64,000 nucleotides of DNA, from positions 247,547 through 311,546 of the forward strand of contig JAOAHZ010000001.1 in the NCBI GenBank assembly GCA_026414975.1, read 5' to 3'. Below, piece by piece: positions 20,686-28,759 of the stretch. The position numbers and the translations under genes were made by a program. The DNA is from Bacteroidia bacterium (lineage in GTDB: Bacteria > Bacteroidota > Bacteroidia > SpSt-205). Position 1 is the first letter of the stretch, and each line of letters starts with the position of its first letter. The notes under the pieces were generated by a model. That model made no database searches and was not told where the DNA came from. It saw only the letters and a list, made by a program, of their open reading frames with translations.

Positions 20686-21954
20686 ATGGCTCACGAATCT
20701 TCTCATACAATCAACTGGAAGGAGCGATTTACCCTTCCTCCTCATCTCCGCAGGATTCTGGTATATGCCTTCCTAATAGGCGTAGCCTTGATAGGGGTAG
20801 GTCTTTACCAGGCTTTTGCGGTGCATCATTCGGAGCACCATGGTCACCATGCGGCTCCTTGGCTTAGTCGCCTCTCGGCAAATCTCCTTATCACCTCCAT
20901 GTACGCCTTAGGGGTGAGTGTGCTCTCTATGTTTTTTATGGCGGTAGGTTATGCGGCTAATGCAGGATGGTACGTCCTCCTCCAACGCATACCTCAATCC
21001 TTTGCTCGGCTTTTGCCTTGGACAGCGGGCCTCTTAGCCGTCGTAGTCGTGTCTTTCTCAGGGGTGCTTTATGAATGGACGCATGCGGATGTTGTGGCGA
21101 AAGATGAAATACTCCAGCATAAAAGCGGCTATCTGAATCTCCCCTTCTTCATAGTTAGGCTTGTCATCATTCTTGGGGGGTGGCTGCTGTTTTGGCGGGG
21201 TTTTGTTTGGAACTGGGAGCAGCTGGATGAGACAGGGCAGGTACGCTACTTTCATAACCTTCGCCGTTTAGCGGCAGGCTTTATTGTATTCTTCGCTCTG
21301 AGCTGGTCAGTGGGTAGCTGGGATTGGCTCATGAGCACTTCTCCGCACTGGTTCAGTACCATGTTTGCTGTTTACAATTTCGCCAATCTCTGGATTACGA
21401 CCTTATGCTTTATCACCCTTGCTGCTGTCGTCCTCAAGCTCAATGGATTTTTATCGGGCGTCAATGACAGTCACATCCATGATTTAGGGAAGTTTGTGTT
21501 TGCATTCAGCATCTTTTGGACCTATATATTTTATGGTCAGTTCATGCTGATCTGGTATGCCAACATTCCGGAAGAGACCTTCTGGTTTTATGAGCGAATC
21601 CGAGCTCATGTCAATCCCCAGTATGTGCCTATCTTTTATCTCACGATTGTCTTGAATTTTCTTCTGCCGCTGCTGGGGCTTATGAGCGCAAGCATAAAGC
21701 GAAATTATGCGTGGCTGGGGATTGTGTCGGGGACGCTCCTTTTTACCCACTGGCTGGATACCTTTATGGTTGTTATGCCCTCTGTGGCGGGCAAGGCAGG
21801 GGGGCTTGGTCCAATGGAGATAGGGTTCTTCCTTGTAGGCGTGGCCGGAATCCTGTGGCAAGGGGCTCGCTATTTAGAAAACGCTCCCGCTCTCATGGCT
21901 CGGAATCACCCATACCTGGAAGAGAGCGTACATCACAGCTACGAGCCTATTTAG
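20686..21954 (+). CDS. actF: ACIII subunit ActF, a second NrfD-like membrane subunit.
   Basis: A polytopic membrane protein of about 9-10 TM helices, paralogous in architecture to ActC. It is the last gene of the cluster. Confidence 0.75.
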   Translation: MAHESSHTINWKERFTLPPHLRRILVYAFLIGVALIGVGLYQAFAVHHSEHHGHHAAPWLSRLSANLLITSMYALGVSVLSMFFMAVGYAANAGWYVLLQRIPQSFARLLPWTAGLLAVVVVSFSGVLYEWTHADVVAKDEILQHKSGYLNLPFFIVRLVIILGGWLLFWRGFVWNWEQLDETGQVRYFHNLRRLAAGFIVFFALSWSVGSWDWLMSTSPHWFSTMFAVYNFANLWITTLCFITLAAVVLKLNGFLSGVNDSHIHDLGKFVFAFSIFWTYIFYGQFMLIWYANIPEETFWFYERIRAHVNPQYVPIFYLTIVLNFLLPLLGLMSASIKRNYAWLGIVSGTLLFTHWLDTFMVVMPSVAGKAGGLGPMEIGFFLVGVAGILWQGARYLENAPALMARNHPYLEESVHHSYEPI

Positions 21955-22005
21955 ACAACGGTCTACTAAGGCAGACCATAGGGCTCTTCGGCTTATTTTT
22001 GCCGC

Positions 22006-23115
22006 ATGCGGTACTGGATTATCGCTATCGCCACTTTTTTGTGGGCTCAGCCTGATCCGCAGTCCAAGGAAGAGCTGAATCGCAACATCCGATTTTATCG
22101 GAGCATCGCTCGCCGCACAGGGGCTTTTCGCACGAAAGCTCTGCCTAAGCTCAATGGCATCCGCTGGCAGCTCAAGATTCAGAATGGCGTATCTGAAACC
22201 TCGGCCCCTGTGGCCGCTGGTATGCGCGTATTCGTAGGGGGGAAGGATAAGAATATGTACGCCATCAACCTCTCAGATGGAAAAATTTTCTGGAAATATA
22301 CCACTGGGGATTATGTGGCCTGCCCAGCAGCTTACTACGAGGGAAAAGTCTACTTCGGCAGCGACGATGGATACTTTTATGCTCTGGAGGAAAGCAAAAA
22401 GGAACTCTGGCGCTTCCAAACGAACGCTGCAGTCCAGTCTCCCCCTGCTATCACAGGCGATGTTATCGTTTTCGGCAGTCATGACTACAATGTGTATGCT
22501 TTAGATAGAAATACAGGTGAAAAGCGTTGGGAGTACACTACGGGGCGTGTCGTTCAATCTGGGCCCGCCATCGCAGAAGGAGTCGTTTACGTGGGGTCAG
22601 ACGACTACAACCTTTATGCCTTGTCGCTTAGCGACGGGAAACTTCTATGGCAGTTCCGTACTGAAAATGAGGTGAATACTACACCTATCGTGTCTAAAGG
22701 GATAGTCTTTTTCGGTAGTGATGATGGGAACTTGTATGCTGTAGATGCTAAATCAGGCCGAGAGCTTTGGCGCTTTAGCACGGCTGGTAAAGTAACAGCG
22801 TCTCCAGCCTTAGCGGAGGATATAGATGTGATATTTGTAGCCAGCGAATCCGGCCTTTTAGCTGCATTAGATAGCAAGACAGGGCAAGAAAAATGGACTT
22901 TTCGCATTAAGGGAACTTTCAAAGCCTCCCCGGCTCTGGCAGAAGGATTTCTGTACATAGGAGCCATGGATGGGCAGTTTTATGCCATAGAAATACCTAC
23001 AGGTAAGGTTGCTTGGAAGACTAAGCTGGATGCACCGATTCAAGCGGCAGCTCATGTTTTAGACGGCTCGGTGTATGTATTGACCACGGCGGGCACTTTA
23101 TATGCGCTGCATTGA
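22006..23115 (+). CDS. PQQ-like beta-propeller repeat protein, secreted (BamB-like fold).
   Basis: Signal peptide ending FLWAQ. Eight repeats of the pattern G.VYhGS.DG.hYAhD..TG...W.h with conserved W and G, as in PQQ/BamB propellers. Confidence 0.7.
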   Translation: MRYWIIAIATFLWAQPDPQSKEELNRNIRFYRSIARRTGAFRTKALPKLNGIRWQLKIQNGVSETSAPVAAGMRVFVGGKDKNMYAINLSDGKIFWKYTTGDYVACPAAYYEGKVYFGSDDGYFYALEESKKELWRFQTNAAVQSPPAITGDVIVFGSHDYNVYALDRNTGEKRWEYTTGRVVQSGPAIAEGVVYVGSDDYNLYALSLSDGKLLWQFRTENEVNTTPIVSKGIVFFGSDDGNLYAVDAKSGRELWRFSTAGKVTASPALAEDIDVIFVASESGLLAALDSKTGQEKWTFRIKGTFKASPALAEGFLYIGAMDGQFYAIEIPTGKVAWKTKLDAPIQAAAHVLDGSVYVLTTAGTLYALH

Positions 23116-23143
23116 GGGTCTATTGGTATTTTGGAATCTACTT

Positions 23144-24013
23144 ATGGCACAGCCAATAGCGATCGCCGTACACGGAGGGGCTGGAGCTATTACACCTCAA
23201 AATCTATCGCCCAGCAAAGCCCAAGAAATAGAAACTTATCTCCGTTCTGTCGTAGAAGAAGCCTATCAGTTGTTGGAGCAAGGGCGCATGGCATTGGAAG
23301 TGGTGGAAGTCGCTGTGCGTCGCTTAGAAGACGCAGGCTACTTCAATGCTGGACGAGGTGCTGTCCTAAATGAGAAAGGCTTTGCGGAGCTGGACGCCGC
23401 CATCATGGATGGAAAGACGCGACGAGTAGGGGCGGTAGCGGCGACTCGCTCAGTTCAAAATCCCGTTACGCTGGCGCGTCTGATCATGGAGCGAACAGAG
23501 CATGTTCTGATAGTGGGAGAGGGAGCGGACAGCTTAGCTAAGCTCTGGGAGCTTCCTCCTCTACGGAATCAAGACATGTCTCAGCCAGAGGTTATCTGGA
23601 CCCAGGGCACTGTTGGAGCCGTAGCTCTGGATAAATACGGTAACCTTGCCGCAGCTACCTCTACAGGGGGTATAGCTCGTAAAAGGCTCGGACGCGTAGG
23701 GGATTCTCCTATTATCGGTGCAGGTACGTATGCCGAAAATGGGCTCGTTGCCTTGTCGGCTACAGGACATGGAGAGTACTTTGTCCGGAGTGTGTTAGCG
23801 TATGATATCGCTGCCCGCCTGCGATACGCCCGTTTATCCCTAAAAGAAGCGATTCAACAAGCCTTCAAAGAACGCTTGGAGCCTATTGGCGGTACGGGAG
23901 GGGTCATTGCTGTTTCGCCTCAGGGGGAGGTGGCTTTCTACTTCAATACCCCTGGGATGTATCGGGCAGGTAAAGATGCCCAAGGACACCTCAGTGTGGG
24001 CCTTTTCCGATGA
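23144..24013 (+). CDS. Asparaginase_2-family Ntn hydrolase (isoaspartyl peptidase / L-asparaginase, Taspase-like).
   Basis: IAIAVHGGAG near the N-terminus. The autoproteolytic nucleophile context QGTVGAVALD (Thr of GTVG). The C-terminal region contains GAGTYAEN. The alternative upstream start 23102 would overlap the previous gene. Confidence 0.75.
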   Translation: MAQPIAIAVHGGAGAITPQNLSPSKAQEIETYLRSVVEEAYQLLEQGRMALEVVEVAVRRLEDAGYFNAGRGAVLNEKGFAELDAAIMDGKTRRVGAVAATRSVQNPVTLARLIMERTEHVLIVGEGADSLAKLWELPPLRNQDMSQPEVIWTQGTVGAVALDKYGNLAAATSTGGIARKRLGRVGDSPIIGAGTYAENGLVALSATGHGEYFVRSVLAYDIAARLRYARLSLKEAIQQAFKERLEPIGGTGGVIAVSPQGEVAFYFNTPGMYRAGKDAQGHLSVGLFR

Positions 24014-25689
24014 GCCCTTCTCTACCTGGATGGGTGCAGGAGTTGGCTCGCCAGTATTACGCAGGGCGTACTGTGCTGTTCATCCTCCACGGAAATATCC
24101 ACGACTATGTATGGAGTGAGGGCAAGGCTTACACACCTCGAGAGTTTTACGCTTCTGTACTCTTCAGGCGGAGAGACTTACTCTTTTTTTACAATCGGGC
24201 TTCTGGTCTCTTGCCGAGGGATGCGACCTCTCAACGAGACCTGAATGAGTTCCTCCGAGACTCTATATCAGTGCCTCGGTCGCCTGCTGAGCTTTTTCCT
24301 CTTCTTTATCAGTACTTTCAGCGAAGGCTCAAGGATCGCCGTCGATTAGCCCTGATTATAGAGTTTGCCGAAACGCTGGTTCCAAACGCTGGGGGATACT
24401 CTTCAGCCGAAGAGCGCATCACTCTGCTTCACCTCCTTCAGTGGGCGCAATCTCCCCTCTTTTTACAGTCCGATATTACTGTGCTTTTGCTGACTGAGAG
24501 TCTAAATGAGTTGCATCCCAAGCTGGTATCTAATCCCCACCTTTCAGCTATCCGCATCCCTTACCCCATGGTGGAGGAGCGTCGAGCTTTTATAAGCGCT
24601 CAGTGGGAGAGTCGCCCTCTGCTACAAGAACGGCTCCAGAATCAAACCCTTGAGTCCCTTACGATAGCTTTGGGCGGACTTACGCTTGTTCAGATAGAGA
24701 AGCTCTTAGCCGAAATCGCCGAGAGTCCGACCCCGTGGACTGAAGCTCAGGTCATAGAGCGTAAGAAGCAGCTCGTAGAGGCTCAAGCTGGGGGCCTCTT
24801 AGAGTTTATGAGCACTCACCTTACCTTGGATGCGGTTGCGGGACACCATGCAGCTAAAACCTACCTCCGACAGGTGGCCCAGGCTTTGAAGAGGGGTCAT
24901 ACCGCTGTGATTCCTATGGGTTTCCTTATTACAGGACCCGTGGGCACGGGCAAAACCTTCCTTCTTCGTTGTTTCGCCGGCGAGATAGGCATGCCGATGG
25001 TTCAGCTCAAGAATTTCCGCTCCAAATGGGTGGGAGAGACCGAAGCGAATCTGGATCGGATATTGTCTTTGCTGGAAGCCTTGGCGCCGGTAGCAGTAGT
25101 GATAGATGAAGCGGATACCCAGCTTGGAGGACGAGAGCGTGAAGGCGATGGAGGAGTGAGCGCTCGCGTCTTCGGACGCATGGCTCACTTTATGAGCGAC
25201 CCGCGTCATCGCGGTCGCATTTTATGGTTTTTAGCCACAGCCCGTCCAGACCTCCTTCCTGTTGATCTCAAACGGCAAGGGCGAGCTGAGGAACACATCC
25301 CTCTTTTCCCGCCTACCACTCCTCAGGAAAAAAAGGAAGTAGTAGAAGCCCTCGCAAGGCGACTGGGCATAGGCGGTCTGACTTTCCCTCAGGAACCCGA
25401 GCTCTGGGAAAAGCTGCCTGCCTTCTCTGGAGCTGAATGGGAAGCGGTGCTTACCCGAGCCCGCCTTCTGGCTGTCGCTATGGGGGCGCCTCAAGTGGAT
25501 TGGTCTCATATAGAAGCGGCTTTAGAGGACTTTCTTCCCCCTAGCTACCCAGAGGAAGTCGCTTACATGACTTACCTTGCTGTCTTGGAATGCACTCGTC
25601 GCAGCCTGCTTCCACCCATCTATCAGAATAAGACAAGAGAAGAGCTTTTCGCTCACCTTGAAAACTTGAAGGTGCGGATGAGAGGATGA
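24010..25689 (+). CDS. AAA+ ATPase with a degenerate N-terminal AAA-like module and a canonical C-terminal AAA module.
   Basis: Walker A GPVGTGKT. Walker B VAVVIDEAD. Second region of homology with an Arg finger, LATARPDLLPVDLKRQGR. The N-terminal about 270 aa resembles an inactive AAA fold (VLFILHGNIHD, LALIIEFAE). The start ATG overlaps the stop of the upstream Ntn hydrolase (ATGA). Confidence 0.75.
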   Translation: MSPSLPGWVQELARQYYAGRTVLFILHGNIHDYVWSEGKAYTPREFYASVLFRRRDLLFFYNRASGLLPRDATSQRDLNEFLRDSISVPRSPAELFPLLYQYFQRRLKDRRRLALIIEFAETLVPNAGGYSSAEERITLLHLLQWAQSPLFLQSDITVLLLTESLNELHPKLVSNPHLSAIRIPYPMVEERRAFISAQWESRPLLQERLQNQTLESLTIALGGLTLVQIEKLLAEIAESPTPWTEAQVIERKKQLVEAQAGGLLEFMSTHLTLDAVAGHHAAKTYLRQVAQALKRGHTAVIPMGFLITGPVGTGKTFLLRCFAGEIGMPMVQLKNFRSKWVGETEANLDRILSLLEALAPVAVVIDEADTQLGGREREGDGGVSARVFGRMAHFMSDPRHRGRILWFLATARPDLLPVDLKRQGRAEEHIPLFPPTTPQEKKEVVEALARRLGIGGLTFPQEPELWEKLPAFSGAEWEAVLTRARLLAVAMGAPQVDWSHIEAALEDFLPPSYPEEVAYMTYLAVLECTRRSLLPPIYQNKTREELFAHLENLKVRMRG

Positions 25690-25884
25690 AGAAGTAAGTC
25701 CTACCAACCGAGAAGCCCATAACAGCTTCGGGGTAAGGTAGGGCTTCAACCTGGATATTCTTCTCATGCCGCAGTTCAGCTTGGGCTTCGGAGAAATCTA
25801 CCCTAACTGAACCAAGCCAAGGGGAATGTATGTCTCTGCCTACAAGATGGCGTTGCCGCTGAGGGGAAGAAGGGTAAATTTCCT

Positions 25885-27303
25885 ATGGATTTGAGTCAAG
25901 ATTTTTCCAGCGACTCAGGGTTGAATCCAGTTGGTCTGGATGGAAGGCAGGGGATTGTCTGGGCTAAGAAAGGCGTAAAAGGCTTGCTGGGCAAGTGGTA
26001 CCTGGCTTGGGAGATAGAGTTATCTTTGCAAGGGTATTCGTTATCCCGTATGCAGCTACCATCGGCACAAACTCTGAATCAGCTTCTCTCTCAGTTGGCT
26101 ACTAACTTAGCTCAGTATGAAGCTAATGAAGCCTCCCTGCGAGAACGGTTGGGGGCCCTAGAGCGAGAGCTCAAAGACCGTGGACTGATACTTGACCGCT
26201 TTGCCATAATCAGCGAGACAGACACTCGAGGCATCATTACTTACGCCAATTCCAAGTTTTGCGAAGTATCTGGCTTTACATTAGATGAGCTGCTGGGTCG
26301 GCCCCATAACATTGTGCGGCACCCCGATATGCCGAAAGAAGTCTTCAAGGAGCTATGGGATACCATAAAAGCGGGTCGAATCTGGCAAGGAGAAATCAAG
26401 AATCGGCGCAAAGATGGTAGAGCATACTGGGTGTTAGCAACTGTCGGTCCGTTGTTAGACGCCGAAGGCTACCCGTTTCGGTATGTCTCTATGCGAGTGG
26501 ACATCACCCGCCAGAAAGAATTAGAGGAGCAGCTACGTGTGGAGCGGAACCAGCTTGCCCTTGATCTTTTCTCCAACTTAGAACTTGCTCATGCCATACA
26601 GCTTGCCCTACTGCCCTTTGCTCCAGAGGGAGAGACTAAGATTGAACTGCCGCATTTTGTCGTCTGGAAGCCTCTACAGATTGTAAGTGGAGACTTTTTC
26701 TGGGCTCATGAAGAAAAGGGGCGTCTGCTTATTTTCGTGGGTGATAGTGTAGGACATGGCATGGCAGGTGGGTTGGTGAGTGCCTTATTTCTTCAAGAGC
26801 TGCGTCATCAGGTGATAGAACGCGGTATATGGAGTCCAGAGCGACTTGCCGAAGAGCTGGATGAAAGGCTCAGCTATCTTTTCCGCCGGAAGTTGCCTAT
26901 ACCTGTAACCGTGGACGGAACTATTCTGCTTATAGATCGCATCCGATTGAAGCTTTCTTACGTCTCTCTTCGCGGAAAGGGCTTTATAGCGAGACAAGGT
27001 GAGCTAATCCCTTTGGAGCGATATCCTTTTAGCTTTGGAGACTTGCTCGGGCAGACAGCCCAGGAGCATACCATTCCCCTTGAGCCTACGGATTACCTGT
27101 ATGTGTATAGTGATGGTATTGCCGATCAGCAGGATGAAGAGGGTAAAAAGTTTGGCACCAAGCGGGTGGAAGCCCTTCTCTCAGAGCTGATGCGCCAACC
27201 CTTTGATAGGCAAAAGGAGTATTTAGAGCGTGCCCTTCGGGCATGGCAAGGTAATGCACCGCAAACGGATGACATGCTCTTTTTAGGACTTGGCTTGGCC
27301 TAG
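25885..27303 (+). CDS. PAS-domain protein with a C-terminal PP2C/SpoIIE-type phosphatase.
   Basis: PAS motif IISETDTRGIITYANSKFCEVSGFTLDELLGRPHNIVRHPDMP. PPM motifs SGDFFWA and LIFVGDSVGHGMAGG ... YVYSDGIADQ. Confidence 0.75.
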   Translation: MDLSQDFSSDSGLNPVGLDGRQGIVWAKKGVKGLLGKWYLAWEIELSLQGYSLSRMQLPSAQTLNQLLSQLATNLAQYEANEASLRERLGALERELKDRGLILDRFAIISETDTRGIITYANSKFCEVSGFTLDELLGRPHNIVRHPDMPKEVFKELWDTIKAGRIWQGEIKNRRKDGRAYWVLATVGPLLDAEGYPFRYVSMRVDITRQKELEEQLRVERNQLALDLFSNLELAHAIQLALLPFAPEGETKIELPHFVVWKPLQIVSGDFFWAHEEKGRLLIFVGDSVGHGMAGGLVSALFLQELRHQVIERGIWSPERLAEELDERLSYLFRRKLPIPVTVDGTILLIDRIRLKLSYVSLRGKGFIARQGELIPLERYPFSFGDLLGQTAQEHTIPLEPTDYLYVYSDGIADQQDEEGKKFGTKRVEALLSELMRQPFDRQKEYLERALRAWQGNAPQTDDMLFLGLGLA

Positions 27304-27953
27304 TGAGTGTTGATCGGACTGTTTGGCTGCTCACACCGAGTCGGCTGGAAGCTGAGGCTATCCGACCAGCCGCCCATCCCTACGCAGTTCAATATACGGG
27401 TGTAGGAGCTTTGGCTACCCTGCATACCCTCTGGAGGCGTTACTTTACAGAACAGCCAGTAGCCTTGAGTCTTATTGTAATTGGCATCGCAGGCAGCTAT
27501 AATGGCAAACACCCCTTGGGCTCAATAGTCTATGTTGAAAAAGAAATCTGGGGTGATTTAGGAAGGCGATATAGCCGTCGATTTATACCGACCCCTGAAT
27601 GGCTGCGGGATGGATTTCCCTTAGAATGGATGGCGCCGCCTTCTCCTTTATCCCTGGCTCGGGGTATCGGCCTTACTTTACACGCTCTTAGCGCTAATCG
27701 GCGCGAAGCCCGTTATTGGAGCCGTTCCTATCCAGAGGCGACGATAGAAACACAGGAGGGTGCTGCCTTTTATCTATTCGGACACGCTGTGGGGGCCCCT
27801 GTTTATACTTTCCGGGCCATATCTAATCAGGTAGGGCATCGGCGTTGGGAAAGGGAGGCAGCCTTAGACTCACTTGCTACCTTTACGAGAAATAATGTGG
27901 TACCTCTATGCGAACGGTTACTGGCTGGAGACTCTTCCGCCCACCCGAGGTGA
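27303..27953 (+). CDS. PNP/UDP-phosphorylase family 1 nucleosidase-like protein (futalosine hydrolase / MTA nucleosidase-like).
   Basis: The size (216 aa) and the glycine-rich segment VIGIAGSYNG ... TQEGAAFY are as in the MTAN/MqnB fold. A GTG start overlaps the upstream TAG by 1 nt. The specific function was not resolved. Confidence 0.35.
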   Translation: MSVDRTVWLLTPSRLEAEAIRPAAHPYAVQYTGVGALATLHTLWRRYFTEQPVALSLIVIGIAGSYNGKHPLGSIVYVEKEIWGDLGRRYSRRFIPTPEWLRDGFPLEWMAPPSPLSLARGIGLTLHALSANRREARYWSRSYPEATIETQEGAAFYLFGHAVGAPVYTFRAISNQVGHRRWEREAALDSLATFTRNNVVPLCERLLAGDSSAHPR

Positions 27954-28707
27954 GTTATTCGGAGACGGCGTCTTTGAAACGATAAGAGTCTGGAAAGGGC
28001 GATGCTTGTTCTTATCGGATCACTTGCGTCGCCTCAGAGAAGCAGCCCAAGTTCTTTCTCTTTCTATCCCCCTTTCCCTGGAAGTCTTGGAAGCAGAACT
28101 TACTCGTTATGGTCAAGCTCATGAGGAAGCGCGTCTCAAACTGGTTCTATACAGAGCGGGTGAAGGGACATATGCCCCGCCCACATCAGAATCGCATCTG
28201 CGGTTAGGCATAGTACCCTTAGCAGGAGGCTCATTCCCGCTTGGGGTGGCTCAGCGACTGGTAGTGTTTCCAGGGGGCTTCACAGCATTCACACCTTGGA
28301 GTGCGTATAAGACGCTCAGCTCAATCGGATATGTACAGGCTGCAGCTTACGCTCGGTTACAGGGCTGTGATGACAGCATAGTCCTCTCGGCTGAGGGCTA
28401 TATCGCTGAAACGAGCCGGGCTAATCTCTTCTTCTGGGATGGCAAGGTGTTACATACTCCCTCCTTGCGTACGGGATGTGTACGCGGCATTCTTCGTGCG
28501 CATACCCTTCAAGCAGCTCGTCAGCTCGGGGTTCAGGTGCGGGAGGGATTTTACCGTCCAGAACAGCTTTCTGAAATGCAAGAGGTATTTTCCACGAATG
28601 TTATCCAGGGTATTGTCCCGATTTTAGGGATTCGCGGAGTGGGTATTACTTATCGCATCGGGGATGGAACGCTCTCAGAGGCTATAGCTCGGACTTTGAA
28701 GTTTTAG
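27895..28707 (+). CDS. Class IV (fold type IV) PLP enzyme: aminodeoxychorismate lyase or branched-chain aminotransferase-like.
   Basis: N-terminal W..G ... FGDGVFETIRV ... L.HL.RL pattern, and catalytic-region motifs typical of PabC/IlvE fold IV. It overlaps the upstream gene by about 59 nt; the alternative start is 27874. Confidence 0.55.
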   Translation: MWYLYANGYWLETLPPTRGELFGDGVFETIRVWKGRCLFLSDHLRRLREAAQVLSLSIPLSLEVLEAELTRYGQAHEEARLKLVLYRAGEGTYAPPTSESHLRLGIVPLAGGSFPLGVAQRLVVFPGGFTAFTPWSAYKTLSSIGYVQAAAYARLQGCDDSIVLSAEGYIAETSRANLFFWDGKVLHTPSLRTGCVRGILRAHTLQAARQLGVQVREGFYRPEQLSEMQEVFSTNVIQGIVPILGIRGVGITYRIGDGTLSEAIARTLKF

Positions 28708-28759
28708 GAATCACCTTACATAGGCCTGACTTTTTTGCAAAGAGGGCTATATTTGCTGC

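Noticed and set aside
27303-27953. Calling the PNP-fold ORF specifically futalosine hydrolase MqnB.
   Set aside because: Only the fold-level resemblance is visible. No mqn genes are nearby and the catalytic residues could not be verified without an alignment, so the call was left generic.
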